From Ostreococcus lucimarinus (taxonomy: Eukaryota), in the NCBI GenBank assembly GCA_000092065.1, contig CP000593.1: 64,000 nt of DNA; one strand, given 5' to 3'. The notes under the pieces are model-generated. The model searched no databases and was not told where the DNA came from. It saw nothing but the letters and a program-made list of their open reading frames with translations. Made by a program: the position numbers and the translations under genes. Positions 1 through 10,950 of the stretch are shown in pieces. How positions within the stretch are numbered: position 1 is the first letter of the stretch; every line of letters starts with the position of its first letter.

Positions 1-491
1 CGCGTCCGTTGATAAATAGACGTTCGAGCATGCGGTTTCAAACGCGCGCCATCGCAGCAAATATCCGAGGCGATGGATTCGTGGCCGCGAGCGTCGAGGG
101 ACGCGTAGCGGTGGAGTTCATACGCGATGAAGAGAACGACAAGCGAAAATATGCGTTCAAGTGTCATCGCAAAACCGATGACGCGAGCGTGGGTGAGATT
201 GTTTATCCCGTCCACGCGGTGGCGTTTCATCCCGTCCACGGCACATTCGCCACGGGCGGCGGCGACGGTTACGTCAATTTTTGGGATGGCGACGCTAAAA
301 AGCGACTTTTTCAGTCGCCCCGCTACCCCACCTCCATCTCAGCGCTCGCTTTCAGTCCTTGTGGGTCCTTGCTCGCCATCGCGTCTTCGTACGCGCACGA
401 AGAGCGAGAGAACAACAAGCCCGAAGACCGCGTCTTCCTTCGCGAGACGCGCGCCGAGGAAGTCACCCCGAAATCGGCCAAGACATCCTAG
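1..491 (+). CDS. BUB3: Mitotic checkpoint protein BUB3, C-terminal part (5' end outside window; frame continues to base 3, listed TTG start is not real)
   Basis: KYAFKCHR, FATGGGDGYVNFWD..KKRL, RYPTSISALAFS, LAIASSY and PEDRVFLR are colinear with animal/plant BUB3 C-termini; RAE1 fits less well. Confidence 0.85.
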   Translation, partial: RPLINRRSSMRFQTRAIAANIRGDGFVAASVEGRVAVEFIRDEENDKRKYAFKCHRKTDDASVGEIVYPVHAVAFHPVHGTFATGGGDGYVNFWDGDAKKRLFQSPRYPTSISALAFSPCGSLLAIASSYAHEERENNKPEDRVFLRETRAEEVTPKSAKTS

Positions 492-668
492 ACAAACGAC
501 CGACCGAACGAACGCGCGCGCGTGTCAACGCTCATCGCCAGATATTCATTCGCGCGCCGAACCTTTCGCCGAGACGCTTCGCGTCCCGCTCGCGCCGCGT
601 CCTCACTTTCCCTCGCGCGCGTCCGCCCGCGGCGCGCCCGCGGCCCGCCCGCGCCCGCGCTCGGCGTC

Positions 669-2702
669 ATGTACCGCGCGTCACGCATCCCCGCGCGCGC
701 GCGTTGGCGCATCGCGTCGCTCGCGTCGCCGCGGCGCGCGCCGTCGCCGCGTCACCGCCGCTCGCTCGTCGTCGTTCGCGCCGCGCGCGCGACGCCCGCG
801 ACGTTCGATTACACCGCCCTCGTCGCGAGCGTGCGGGAGATAAACGCGCTGTCGACGCCGGTGAAGATCGACGCGTGCGCGCAGGTGGACGCGCACTCGA
901 TGACGCTGGACGCGCGCGCGGCGGATGGACGGCGGAGCGTGCGAGTGAGTTGGCACCCGGTGACCGCGCACGTCGCGATGAGCGCGCGCGGGGCCAAGGT
1001 GGAGAAGGGGATGAATCTTAGTTTTGGCGAGAGCGCGAACGCGCTGCTCAAGGGGAAGGTGCTGCTGGATGCGCGCGTGGGGACGGCGTGGGAACGCGCG
1101 TGTCGGTTGCGATTCGGCGATAGGCCGGGAGGTGAGGCAGAGTACGAGCTGTTGTGTGAGGTCATGGGGCGGTACAGCAACGCGTTCTTGCTTGATAGTA
1201 AAAATAATGATGAAGTTTTAGCGTGTGGGTATCAGGTTGGGGAGAAACAGACGAGTGTGCGGCGATTGGCGATCGGGTACGCGTACGAGCCGCCGCCCTC
1301 GGCGCCCGGGATCGATCCCACGACCGGGGTTGAAGGGGGCGTGGACGGATGGACCGCGGTGTTGCGCGACGTCGCACGCGGTCGCAGTGGTGATATGGGC
1401 GAAGCGCGTTTGGATGAGTGCATGGTGCGCGCGTTTCGAGGGGTGTCACCGGCTTTGGCCAAGGCGTTGATTCGCGGCGCGGGCGTCGCCGATGGCGAGC
1501 GCGTCGAAACCGCGAGTGCGAGCGATTGGGTCGCCGTGTACGATGAGTTCATGCGATGGATTGCGAGCGTTTCAAGTGATGCCGACAGTGCGGGTACGCT
1601 CGCAAACGCCACGTGGTGCGAAGAGTTCGGGCAGTTGTTATTGCACCCGTCGTCCGCGGGCGTCGTCTTGCCGCCCGCCGCCGACGATTTGAGCGTTGCC
1701 GGCGGGCCGATCGGCGCTCTTTTCGGCGCTGTGTACGGCGAAGCGGGCGAAACCGACGTGTTCGAGCGCGAACGCTCGCGCATTTTACAAGCCGTGCGCG
1801 CGCGTCTGAAAAAGTTGGCGAGCAAAGACGTTGGGTTCCGCAAGCAATTAGAGGCGGCGAGCGGGCACGAAGAAATTCAACTGCTCGCCGACGCGTTGAT
1901 GGCGTACAGTTACAACTATAAGCCTGGTTCGAGCGAGCTTGAGGGTCAAGACTTCACCACGGGCGAGACAGTGATGTTTAAAGTAGATCCCGAGAAAGGT
2001 CCTGTGGGCACCGCCGAGGCGCTGTACAAAAAGACGAGAAAGCTGCGTCGCACCGCCGACGCCGTCGAGCCGCTCATCGAACAAAATGCGAGCGAGATTG
2101 AGTATTTAGAGGGCGTCGAATTTAGTATTCTCGAAGTCAGCGAGTTCAAATCGCGCGACGATTTATTGTTCATCGAGGAAATTGGCGCCGAACTCGTGGA
2201 CGGTGGATTCTTAAAGCCCACGGGCAAGGGCGCCGACGCGAAGACGCGCGCGATGGCGGCGGCGAAGAAGGGCGGCGGCGCGAAGCCGAAAACCGGTAAG
2301 CAAGCGCGTAAGCAAGAGATGATGAACGCCATTCGCATCTATACCGCGCCGAGTGGAAAGGAGGTGTACTGCGGAAGAAATAGCCGCGGAAACGAAGCGG
2401 TTTCGCTTTTCTTCGGACAAGACCAAGACGTGTGGTTTCACGTTCGCGGCGCCCCGGGCGCGCACGTCATCCTTCGCCAACAACCAGGCGAAACCGCCTC
2501 AGACGACGACATCCAATTCGCCGCCAACGTCGCGAGCTTTCATTCGAAAGTGAGAACGGGCGGCAAAGTCAACGTTTCGTACACGTCTCCTAAGTACGTG
2601 AAAAAGCCCAAGGGCGCCAGGCTCGGCATGGTCACCATCGACCGCGAAGACGTCATCGTCGGACGACCGGACGACGTCGCGGACGTCTGCGACGGGCGAT
2701 GA
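669..2702 (+). CDS. NFACT/FbpA-family protein (RqcH/Tae2-like) with N-terminal organelle-type presequence
   Basis: ORF 522..2702 opens with GTG; first ATG is 669. NFACT-R/DUF814 motif VWFHVRGAPGAHVIL; FbpA-like N-terminal region; Arg/Ala/Ser-rich leader. Confidence 0.75.
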   Translation: MYRASRIPARARWRIASLASPRRAPSPRHRRSLVVVRAARATPATFDYTALVASVREINALSTPVKIDACAQVDAHSMTLDARAADGRRSVRVSWHPVTAHVAMSARGAKVEKGMNLSFGESANALLKGKVLLDARVGTAWERACRLRFGDRPGGEAEYELLCEVMGRYSNAFLLDSKNNDEVLACGYQVGEKQTSVRRLAIGYAYEPPPSAPGIDPTTGVEGGVDGWTAVLRDVARGRSGDMGEARLDECMVRAFRGVSPALAKALIRGAGVADGERVETASASDWVAVYDEFMRWIASVSSDADSAGTLANATWCEEFGQLLLHPSSAGVVLPPAADDLSVAGGPIGALFGAVYGEAGETDVFERERSRILQAVRARLKKLASKDVGFRKQLEAASGHEEIQLLADALMAYSYNYKPGSSELEGQDFTTGETVMFKVDPEKGPVGTAEALYKKTRKLRRTADAVEPLIEQNASEIEYLEGVEFSILEVSEFKSRDDLLFIEEIGAELVDGGFLKPTGKGADAKTRAMAAAKKGGGAKPKTGKQARKQEMMNAIRIYTAPSGKEVYCGRNSRGNEAVSLFFGQDQDVWFHVRGAPGAHVILRQQPGETASDDDIQFAANVASFHSKVRTGGKVNVSYTSPKYVKKPKGARLGMVTIDREDVIVGRPDDVADVCDGR

Positions 2703-3085
2703 ATCGCGCGCATCGCTCAAACTTGTAACATTCGCCCCCTCGTCCCGAGGACCCATAAAGTCATAAAGCGTCCATCGCGTCGTCGCGCGCACCGTCGCGT
2801 CTCGCCGCGCCCTTCGCCGCGCGCCCCGCGGGCTTCGCGCGTCGCGCGCGACGCCGACGCCGACGCCTCGCCTCCGACCGCGCGCGCGTCGACCGCGTCG
2901 ACCGCGGCGACCGCGCGTTTCGTCGCGCGGTCGCGTGACGTCACGCGCGAACCGTCGACGTCGACGATTCGTGTCGCGCGACCGACCGCTCGTATGCGTA
3001 AACAGTGACGCGCGAAAATGACAAAATTCGACGTCACCGTCGACGGCGCGCCGCATCGCGTCACTCTCGCACACGCACGCACGAC

Positions 3086-3742
3086 ATGTTCGCCGTCACG
3101 ACTCGCCCCCAACTCGCCGCCCGCGCCGTCGTCAAGACGCAGCGCGCGCACCGCCGCGCCTCCGTCGCGGTCCGCGCCGAAAACGACGTCTCCAAGGCGG
3201 TCGAAGAGGCGAACTCCGAGTGGAAGGATGCCGACGCGGCGTCCAAGCAGCCGACGATGCGCGTCGACGCGATCGACCCGGCCGACGGCTCCATCGCCGA
3301 AGCGGCGCCGCTCGGGAACGATAACTCCATGCTCGACTCCGTCATGCTCGCGTTCAAGGACTCGCGCGCGGTGGAGACGATCAACGGTCGCGCGGCGATG
3401 ATTGGGTGGACGGCGGCGCTCTACGTGGAGCTGACGTCGAACACGAGCTTCATGCACCAATTGTTCAACGAACGCACGTTCACGCTCGCGGACGGCATCA
3501 CGCGCACGTCCACGTACCCGGCGGCCGGGTTCTTCCTCGTGCCGGCCTGCGTGATCTTGACCTTGGCGTCCTCTTTGGCGCCGGCGCTCAAGAAGTCGTC
3601 GCCGAACGGCTTGGACGAGGCGCCCGAGGCGTTCGGGCCGTTCCGCGCGGAGGCGGAGATGACGAACGGTCGCGGTGCGATGATCGGTCTCGTCGCGTTG
3701 CCGATCGTCGAAAAGATCATGGGCGGCTCCGCGCTGTTCTAA
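3086..3742 (+). CDS. Early light-induced protein (three-helix ELIP/LIL family)
   Basis: Two LHC motifs (ETINGRAAMIGW and EMTNGRGAMIGL) flank a middle hydrophobic helix; transit-peptide-like N-terminus; first plausible ATG at 3086. Confidence 0.75.
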   Translation: MFAVTTRPQLAARAVVKTQRAHRRASVAVRAENDVSKAVEEANSEWKDADAASKQPTMRVDAIDPADGSIAEAAPLGNDNSMLDSVMLAFKDSRAVETINGRAAMIGWTAALYVELTSNTSFMHQLFNERTFTLADGITRTSTYPAAGFFLVPACVILTLASSLAPALKKSSPNGLDEAPEAFGPFRAEAEMTNGRGAMIGLVALPIVEKIMGGSALF

Positions 3743-3963
3743 TCGAACGATATCGGACAAAGATAAACAAACAACATTTTTTCAAGCAAGGATGGGCAGC
3801 GCTAACGATGTGCGCTCCGCCGCGCCAATTTTCACGACGATGATCGAAGACTTCTTACTTAGTCAGTTAGTGTAACAACACGAAAACATTTGCGCATCAA
3901 TCATTAAAACAATTGCGTCTAACTATGGCTTCGCGAAAGCCCGCGTCCGCCACGTCGAACGCT

Positions 3964-4608
3964 TCACGCGAACTCGTACGCGCGGCGCGCGAGTCGGGCG
4001 ATTTCCGCGTCGTCCGCGCCGCGAGCCACCGCCGCGTACATCGCATCCTCGCGTTCAGACCACACCATTTTCTTTGCAGAGATGTGAATCGGCGGTAAAA
4101 TCACTTTTTCGTCCGTCACGGCTAAGATGTCCTCCACGGACCAAAATTTTTGATCTAAATATTCGTCGGCGCACATCGTCTTGCGCGCGATTTCCTCCTC
4201 CGTCAGCGTCGCCGCGAGGACCACGTTAATATCGCACGTCCCGTTCCCCGCCGGCTCCTGCACTCGAAATTCCCAATTCATCGTGCTCGTGGTCACGAAT
4301 CGAAACCGCTCCGTGTCGATCTCGATCCCGATGTCTCGCTTCGCGTGCCGTCTCGCCGTCTCCTCCACCGTCTCCCCCGTGCGCATCCGTCCACCGATGT
4401 ACCACCACGTCCCTTTCGCCGGTTCGTGCTTGCGCAGCCCGAGCAAAACCTCTCCCTTTTCGTTCGTCAGCAAGCAATCGACGCAGCCCTTCACCAGCGC
4501 GTCCAAAGCGCGTCCGTACTCGTCGTCCGGCAGGAACAGCCCGCTCGGTTTGTACGTCCCAGTCTCGAAGTGGTGGTGTCGCGTCGGCGGTCGCGTCGGC
4601 GCCGGCAT
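3964..4608 (-). CDS. Nudix hydrolase
   Basis: Nudix box GGRMRTGETVEETARRHAKRDIGIE; ATG confirmed at 4608. Confidence 0.75.
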   Translation of the reverse strand: MPAPTRPPTRHHHFETGTYKPSGLFLPDDEYGRALDALVKGCVDCLLTNEKGEVLLGLRKHEPAKGTWWYIGGRMRTGETVEETARRHAKRDIGIEIDTERFRFVTTSTMNWEFRVQEPAGNGTCDINVVLAATLTEEEIARKTMCADEYLDQKFWSVEDILAVTDEKVILPPIHISAKKMVWSEREDAMYAAVARGADDAEIARLARRAYEFA

Positions 4609-4817
4609 CGTCTCGACGATCGCCCGCGTCTATCGTCGCTCGTCCGCGCGCGCGCGACCGGTCGAAGCGCGTCGGCGCGTCGCGACGTGCGCGTCGCGCC
4701 TCGGAGTCGCGCCGAAAAGTGTCCCGAGCGAAGTGGATAAAGTCGTCACTCCGCCGCGACGTCGCGTCGCGCGCGCGATCGCGCCCGACCGTCGTCGACG
4801 TCGTCCAACGAAGCGCC

Positions 4818-5810
4818 ATGGGCATTCGCGCCGCGTGCGCGGTGGACATGCGCGGTAAGATCGCCGTGGTCACCGGCGCGAACACCGGGATCGGGTTGCA
4901 GACGGCCAGGTTGCTCGCGGACGCCGGCGCGCGCGTCGTCATGGCGTGTCGCTCGATCGACAGAGCGAGGGCGGCGCTCGAGTACGCGTCAAACGGGGGC
5001 GCGAACGACGTGGCGGTGATGGCGCTCGATCTGAGCGACGCCGCGAGCGTCAGGGCGTTCGCGGAAAAGTTTGGGAAGGAGTATGAAAAATTGGACGTCT
5101 TGGTGAATAACGCGGGATTGAACGGGGCGAGCGGATACAGTGGACCGAAGACGACGAAACAAGGGTACGACATATGCATGGGGGTGAATTATCTCGGACA
5201 CTTCATGCTCACGTCGTTGTTGTTGCCGCAGTTGATGAAGAGCGACGGCGCGAGGGTGGTGGCGTTGAGTTCGGTGACGACGTGGTTCGGGTCAAACAAG
5301 TATCAGTACTACTACAAGGGTGCGAGTAAGACGAAGGGGAACTACGGGTCGAGCAAGTTGGCGTGTTTGGCGATGACGGTGGAGCTGCAGCGACGATTGG
5401 ATGCGGCGTATCCGGATAACAAGATCGTCTGCGCCGCCGCAGATCCGGGCTTCGTGGCGAGCAACATTTGGAGAGATTACAACCCGGTTTTGCGAAAGAT
5501 CATGAGCATCTTGGCCTTGACGCCCGCGCAAGGAGCGATGACGAGCGTGAACGCGGCGTCGCTGCCGTCCATAACAAAGGCGACGCTTTACATGCCGTTC
5601 AAGATTAAAATGTCCAAGCTGTTCAAGATGCACAAGAGCGCGACGTACATGTTCGGCATGCCTCTCTTATCCAAAGCGTTCGCCGGTTTCGGCGCCGATG
5701 CCATGGCGCCGCGCGCGAAAAACGCCGAGTCTAACGCGAAGCTTTGGGATTTGAGCATCGAGTTTTGCAAGGAGAACGGCGTCAAGAGCTGCGAGGCGTA
5801 CAATTTGTAA
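4818..5810 (+). CDS. Short-chain dehydrogenase/reductase (retinol dehydrogenase/WWOX-like)
   Basis: VVTGANTGIG cofactor motif, NNAG, YGSSK catalytic motif; ORF start 4719 is GTG, first ATG is 4818. Confidence 0.8.
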   Translation: MGIRAACAVDMRGKIAVVTGANTGIGLQTARLLADAGARVVMACRSIDRARAALEYASNGGANDVAVMALDLSDAASVRAFAEKFGKEYEKLDVLVNNAGLNGASGYSGPKTTKQGYDICMGVNYLGHFMLTSLLLPQLMKSDGARVVALSSVTTWFGSNKYQYYYKGASKTKGNYGSSKLACLAMTVELQRRLDAAYPDNKIVCAAADPGFVASNIWRDYNPVLRKIMSILALTPAQGAMTSVNAASLPSITKATLYMPFKIKMSKLFKMHKSATYMFGMPLLSKAFAGFGADAMAPRAKNAESNAKLWDLSIEFCKENGVKSCEAYNL

Positions 5811-5858
5811 TGGCTGATTATCTTCGCCGCGTCTCCTACAATTTGTTGTCGATTTTAA

Positions 5859-7007
5859 TTACACCACGCTCCACGGAATTTCCTCACCCGCGTAAAATGG
5901 CACCACCGTAGTGTCACCAAACTTGTACTCATCCGGCACTTTCCAAGCCTTCTTCTCCAACGTCACCGTCTCGGTGTTACGCGGGACGCGGTAAAAGTCG
6001 GCTCCGTTGTGCGACGCAAACGCCTCGAGCTTGTCGAGCGCGTCGACGGATTCGAAAGCCATGGCGTAGAGTGGCAACGCGGCATGCGCAGAGAAGATAC
6101 CCGCGCACCCGCACGCGGCCTCCTTTGCGCCTTTGGGGTGCGGCGCGCTGTCGGTGCCGAGGAAAAACTTGCCGCTCCCGCTCGTCGCCGCCGCGAGCAC
6201 GGCTTCGCGATGCTCCTCACGCTTTAAGATGGGCAAGCAATAGAAATGTGGTCTTAAACCACCCTTGAAAAGGGCGTTACGATTGAACAGCACGTGTTGC
6301 GGCGTCACTGACGCTGCGACGTTCGGCCCCGCCGCGGCGACAAACTCGGCGGCGTCGCGCGTCGTGATGTGTTCCATCACCACCCTCAAATCCGGAGATC
6401 TATCCAACAGCGGCATCAAAACGTCCTGAATGAATCTCGCCTCTCGATCGAACACGTCCACGCTCGCGTGCGTCACTTCTCCGTGCACTTGCAACGTCAG
6501 CCCCAGTTCCGCCATGCGTTTCGTCGCCTTCGCCACGTTCGCCACATCCGTCACCCCAAATTCACTGTTCGTCGTCGCCCCTGCCGGGTACAGCTTATAC
6601 CCTCGCACGAATCCACACGCGTGCGCTTCCTCGACTTGCTCTACCGTGGTGTTATCCGTGAGATACAGCGTCATGTGCGGTTCGAATCCGTCGCTCGCCG
6701 GCGCCGCCTTCGCGATGAGTTCCCGGTACTTTTCAGCCTCGCTCGCCGTGCGCACGGGCGGCGTCAGGTTCGGCATCACCAGCGCGCGCTTGAACGTCTT
6801 CGACGTGAACGGGACGACGTCGGCGAGCTTTGAGGCGTCGCGGACGTGCAGGTGCCAGTCGTCCGGTCGAGCGATGGTCAGCGAGGACGCCCGCGCGACG
6901 GCGACGCGCGCGCGCGGCGAGGCGCGCGCGCGACGACCCGGAAGCACCGTCGCTTCGAGGGAGAGTCGCGACGACGCGAGGGCGCGTGGAGAGAGGAGTC
7001 GCGGCAT
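5859..7007 (-). CDS. pyrC: Dihydroorotase (E. coli PyrC-type) with transit peptide
   Basis: RPDDWHLHVRD metal-binding motif and full-length colinearity with class II DHOase; ORF start 7127 is GTG, first ATG is 7007. Confidence 0.9.
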   Translation of the reverse strand: MPRLLSPRALASSRLSLEATVLPGRRARASPRARVAVARASSLTIARPDDWHLHVRDASKLADVVPFTSKTFKRALVMPNLTPPVRTASEAEKYRELIAKAAPASDGFEPHMTLYLTDNTTVEQVEEAHACGFVRGYKLYPAGATTNSEFGVTDVANVAKATKRMAELGLTLQVHGEVTHASVDVFDREARFIQDVLMPLLDRSPDLRVVMEHITTRDAAEFVAAAGPNVAASVTPQHVLFNRNALFKGGLRPHFYCLPILKREEHREAVLAAATSGSGKFFLGTDSAPHPKGAKEAACGCAGIFSAHAALPLYAMAFESVDALDKLEAFASHNGADFYRVPRNTETVTLEKKAWKVPDEYKFGDTTVVPFYAGEEIPWSVV

Positions 7008-7166
7008 GGCGGGCGGGCTCGAAGTGACGCGCGAGGGCGGCGGCGGCGCCGAGAGACGCTCGTCTCGATTCGAGCGCGCGCGTCGCGTCGAATCGCGTCG
7101 CGCTGCGCTGTTTAGTTTTACACGCACCCACCGTAGCTAGTGGTGGTTGTCATCTCGCGCGCGGCG

Positions 7167-8102
7167 TCACTTGCGCAGGGCGCAACAACCGCCGCACACG
7201 CTATTGAACATTCGCACAAGCGGACTGAGCTCGGCGCCGTCGCCGCCCCGACCGCCTTTGCCTTCGCCCATGAACTGCGAACTCGATCGACTGAGCGAGT
7301 TCACGCCTCTCGCGGCTAAATCGATGACGACCTGACCGGTCTTCGTGTTCCCGACCACGGGCATGTCGTCCTTGTACTGCTCGAAATCCATCTCGGCGCC
7401 GTTTTCAGTCAACCCGGCTTCGAGCTCCAAGCTCGCGATGCTCTCGTGCAATCGCGACTTGCTCGTCGTTAAACTATCGCTCACCGCGTTTATCCGCCCA
7501 CTCACGCTCCCGAGCTCGCTCTTTTTATCGTTCCTCGCCGTCGCACCCCCAGCCACGCGTTCGCTCGGCAGCGAAAAATCAACCGAAAACTCGCTCGCGA
7601 GCTCATCCGCGTCCGCCGCGCTCCCATCGTCGTCCACCGTGCTCCCGTACATCATCGAGTACCCGACCAACGAATTTTCATCGTTCATCGATCGTCCATC
7701 GCCGCTATCTCCGCTCTTCACGCTCCATTTATCCCCTCCTCGTTCCCGTTCTCGTTCCCGTTCGCCGCGCGTCGTCCCGCTCGTCCCGTTCGCCCCTCGC
7801 GGCGCCTGTCCCGTCCCCGTTCGTTTCTCCGCGAACGACTCCAGCTGCCGCACCAGCGCCGTGAGTTCGTTATCTCCGCCCTCCTCGTCCTCCTCGCCGT
7901 CGTACGGCGAGACGAGCGTCGATCGCGGTTTCGATGCGTCGCGCGCGTCCGCGTCTCTGAATTCCCTCAGCGCGCGCTCCGTGAGCTCCACCGCCTGCAC
8001 CGTGCGCGCGCGCGTGTCCGACAGGCGATGCGAGACGTCGTCCGCGCTCGCGCGCGCGCGCGCGAGGTCCACCGACGCGTCCGCGCGAGGGCGCGGCGGC
8101 AT
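7167..8102 (-). CDS. Hypothetical protein (acidic/Ser-rich, Cys-rich C-terminus ...VCGGCCALRK)
   Basis: ATG-initiated 311-aa ORF with non-repetitive composition; the opposite-strand ORF 7345..8370 is low-complexity. No family recognised. Confidence 0.4.
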   Translation of the reverse strand: MPPRPRADASVDLARARASADDVSHRLSDTRARTVQAVELTERALREFRDADARDASKPRSTLVSPYDGEEDEEGGDNELTALVRQLESFAEKRTGTGQAPRGANGTSGTTRGERERERERGGDKWSVKSGDSGDGRSMNDENSLVGYSMMYGSTVDDDGSAADADELASEFSVDFSLPSERVAGGATARNDKKSELGSVSGRINAVSDSLTTSKSRLHESIASLELEAGLTENGAEMDFEQYKDDMPVVGNTKTGQVVIDLAARGVNSLSRSSSQFMGEGKGGRGGDGAELSPLVRMFNSVCGGCCALRK

Positions 8103-8128
8103 TCGCGTCGAGAATACGATCGCGCGCG

Positions 8129-9088
8129 ATGTGGCGCGTCACAATCGCGCGACGCGCGCGCGACGCGAGTTCGCGGCGCTCGGGCGAACGGGACGCGATC
8201 GCGACGATGCGCGTCGCCGTCGCGCGCGCGGACGCGACGCGCGCGCGCGCGCGCGCGGCGGCGTCGCCGCGAAGGACGACGTCGACGGGGGTCGGTTCGA
8301 GGTTCGAGCGGGCGCGCGCGACGACGACGCGCGCGATCGACGACGCGCGCGCGCGAGGAAAGGGTGGTGACGTCGACGCGGAGGCGCGCGCGGACGAGGC
8401 GCGCGCGCGCGCGAGGGCGCGGCTGCGGGAGGCGTGCGCGGGGACGTATCGCGGGGCGCTGGCGACGCGCGACGACGCGGCGGAGATCATGGCGGCGGCG
8501 GGCGCGCTCGAGCGGCTGACGACGAGCGAGACGATCGAGTGGGATGCGCTGGATGGGAAGTGGCGGTTGGCGTACACGAACGCGGCGGACGTGCTGGGGC
8601 TGTTGATGGCGTCGCAGAGGTTGGGGGTGCCCGAGGTGGGGGATATTTTTCAGAGCTTCGGGTGCGCGAACGGGACGAATACGGGGATCACGAACGAGAT
8701 ACGCCTGAGCGTGCCGTTTTTGTTGAGCGAGGCGAAGGTTGGCGCGCCGGGAGGCGTCGGATTGCGCGTGCAGGCGAGTTTTAAGGATGTCGGGCGGCGG
8801 CGCATCGCGTTGACGTTTCAAGAGGCGCAGGTGAGCGAGATTAGTATTTCGCCGCTCGCCGAGACGTTGTTGGCGCCGGCGATTTTGCCTCGGTCGTCGC
8901 TGAATCATCAAGTGCTGATGTTTATCAAAGAGCTCGAGCTGAAGTTTCCGCTTCGGGGCGCTCTGACGTCCATGGGCGGCGGAGAAGCTGGCGCCGCCGT
9001 GGGCACGTATCATCTCACGTTTTGCGACGAGGACATGTTGATCGGACGCGCCGCCGCGGGCGGAATATACATTTTCACGCGCGCTTAA
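8129..9088 (+). CDS. Plastid lipid-associated protein / fibrillin (PAP_fibrillin)
   Basis: LDGKWRLAYTNA..., transit-like N-terminus, typical fibrillin length; alternative ATG at 8207. Confidence 0.7.
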   Translation: MWRVTIARRARDASSRRSGERDAIATMRVAVARADATRARARAAASPRRTTSTGVGSRFERARATTTRAIDDARARGKGGDVDAEARADEARARARARLREACAGTYRGALATRDDAAEIMAAAGALERLTTSETIEWDALDGKWRLAYTNAADVLGLLMASQRLGVPEVGDIFQSFGCANGTNTGITNEIRLSVPFLLSEAKVGAPGGVGLRVQASFKDVGRRRIALTFQEAQVSEISISPLAETLLAPAILPRSSLNHQVLMFIKELELKFPLRGALTSMGGGEAGAAVGTYHLTFCDEDMLIGRAAAGGIYIFTRA

Positions 9089-9182
9089 TTAGCAATTCTT
9101 TCCTTGTAGATTCACACACGCTGCTACTACGTACGTGCGTACGCACCACCACTAAATTCTATAAGTTTCTGACTCGCGTCGA

Positions 9183-10950
9183 TCATCGCTTGCGCATGTT
9201 CACGCCCGCTCTGAGAACCTCATCCGTGCAGAGTAACTGCGTGGCGATGATGGGCGCAGAGTGCAGAATTTGCTGTTTGACGAGAAAGTTGTCGTAGATA
9301 CCACTCATGGTGGGGTCGAAGGGCTCGCCGATGCTGATATCGAAACCGACGACGTTGCCTCTGTCGTGCTCCTCTTGCATGTCGATGATGGCGTCTTGCG
9401 GATCGTAACCGCTGTTCTCCGCGAGTGTCTTCGGGACCACGAGCATGGCTTCCGCAAACGCCTCGACGCCGCGTTTCGCGCGACCTTCGACCATCTTGGT
9501 GACGTTCTCCTTCAAGTGCTTGTTCAAGGCCATCTCAAACGCACCCGCGCCCGGAACCACGGCCTTGTCGGTCAACACATTCTTCACCGCCCGCAAGCCA
9601 TCTCGCACCGCATCCTTGAGCTGTGCGATGGTGTGATCGTTCGAGCCTTTTAAAAGTACCGTGCACGACGTCGGGTTGACGACTTTTTCCACAAAAGTGT
9701 ACTTTTCCTCGCCCAAGACGTACTCGTACACTTCGCCGGCGTGGCCCAAAATTTCCGGCGAGAGTTCCTCAACAGAGTTGATGCATTGACCACCACATGC
9801 GAGGACGAGACGCTCCATGTTTCGGCGCTTGGCGCGACGAAGTCCCATAATGCCTTCCTTACAGAGCATGTCCAGAGAGATTGGGTCGATCCCCTTTTGT
9901 GTGATGACGACGAAACCCTTGTCGTTGCCGTCGCACACCTGCTTCTTGAGCGCGATCACCTTGCGCACGGTTTCATCGGTGTACGCGCGCTCGGCGGCGA
10001 CCATCTTCTCGCGCTGTTCCGCATCGGTGTACATGAACGTCGAGTTCACCTCCGATCGTTCGTATTCCAGGCTGATGTTACACGTCAACACGAACGCGTC
10101 CTCCACGTATCTCTTCATATCCGGATGTCTCGCCCCGTGGTCGAGGACCAAACCCTGAATCAATTTGGTTTCGTCATCCGTCTGATGCTTCATGGTCATG
10201 ATCTCCACCATGTGCAAATCGATCGACTCTTCCGGTTTGGCGATGCACAACACAGCGTCGACGACGATCGTCGTCAACTTATCAGCCAACTCTTCCCGCA
10301 ACTTTGTTCGCAACGCCGTGCGCGCCACGCACAACAACATTTCTCGATCCGGCGCTTCCACACCCGGCGCCGCGCGCTTGAACGTTTCCAAAAACTTCAG
10401 CGACTCGCGTTTCGCCACATCGAATCCCTCCACGATCACTCTCGGATGCAAACCCTCATTCAAATACCGCTCCGCTTGCTTCAACAACTCTCCGATGACG
10501 AGCACCGTCGTCGTCGTCCCGTCCCCGGTGATATCATCCTGCGCCACCGCCGTCCTCGCGATCATGATCGCCGTCGGGTTTTGAATCTGCATCTCTCTCA
10601 GCAGCACGTTCCCATCCTTCGTGAGCTTCAAACCTACGCACATCGATTTCAACATCGCCGTCAGTCGTTCGGTCAACAGAGTCAACGCCGCGCCGCGTTC
10701 GCGCGAAATCCAACAGATCACCGTCACCGCGCATCTCTCACGCGCCGCCGTGACGCGCGAAACCGCGATGTATCGACGAAACGATCGTACACGCACCTCC
10801 AGCACCGTCGACGAGCATCTTGATCGTCCCTTTCGGGCCTAAATTCGTCTTCATCACGTCTTGGAGACCCTTGGCGGCGTTGATGTTCATGAACAGCGCG
10901 GCATCGGCGTTCATGAGCTCGGCGTTGGGGTTGATGGACTTGAGCGACAT
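9183..10950 (-). CDS. CCT6: T-complex protein 1 subunit zeta, 2 exons: 10950..10797 and 10633..9183
   Basis: Exon 1 ([11 protein letters not shown]...[15 protein letters not shown]) and exon 2 ([21 protein letters not shown]...) join in frame (154+1451 nt = 535 codons) and match CCT-zeta N-termini without a gap. Confidence 0.9.
10634..10796 (-). other. Spliceosomal intron (163 nt) of CCT6
   Basis: GTGCGT donor at 10796, ACTGACG branch motif, TAG acceptor at 10634. Confidence 0.85.
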
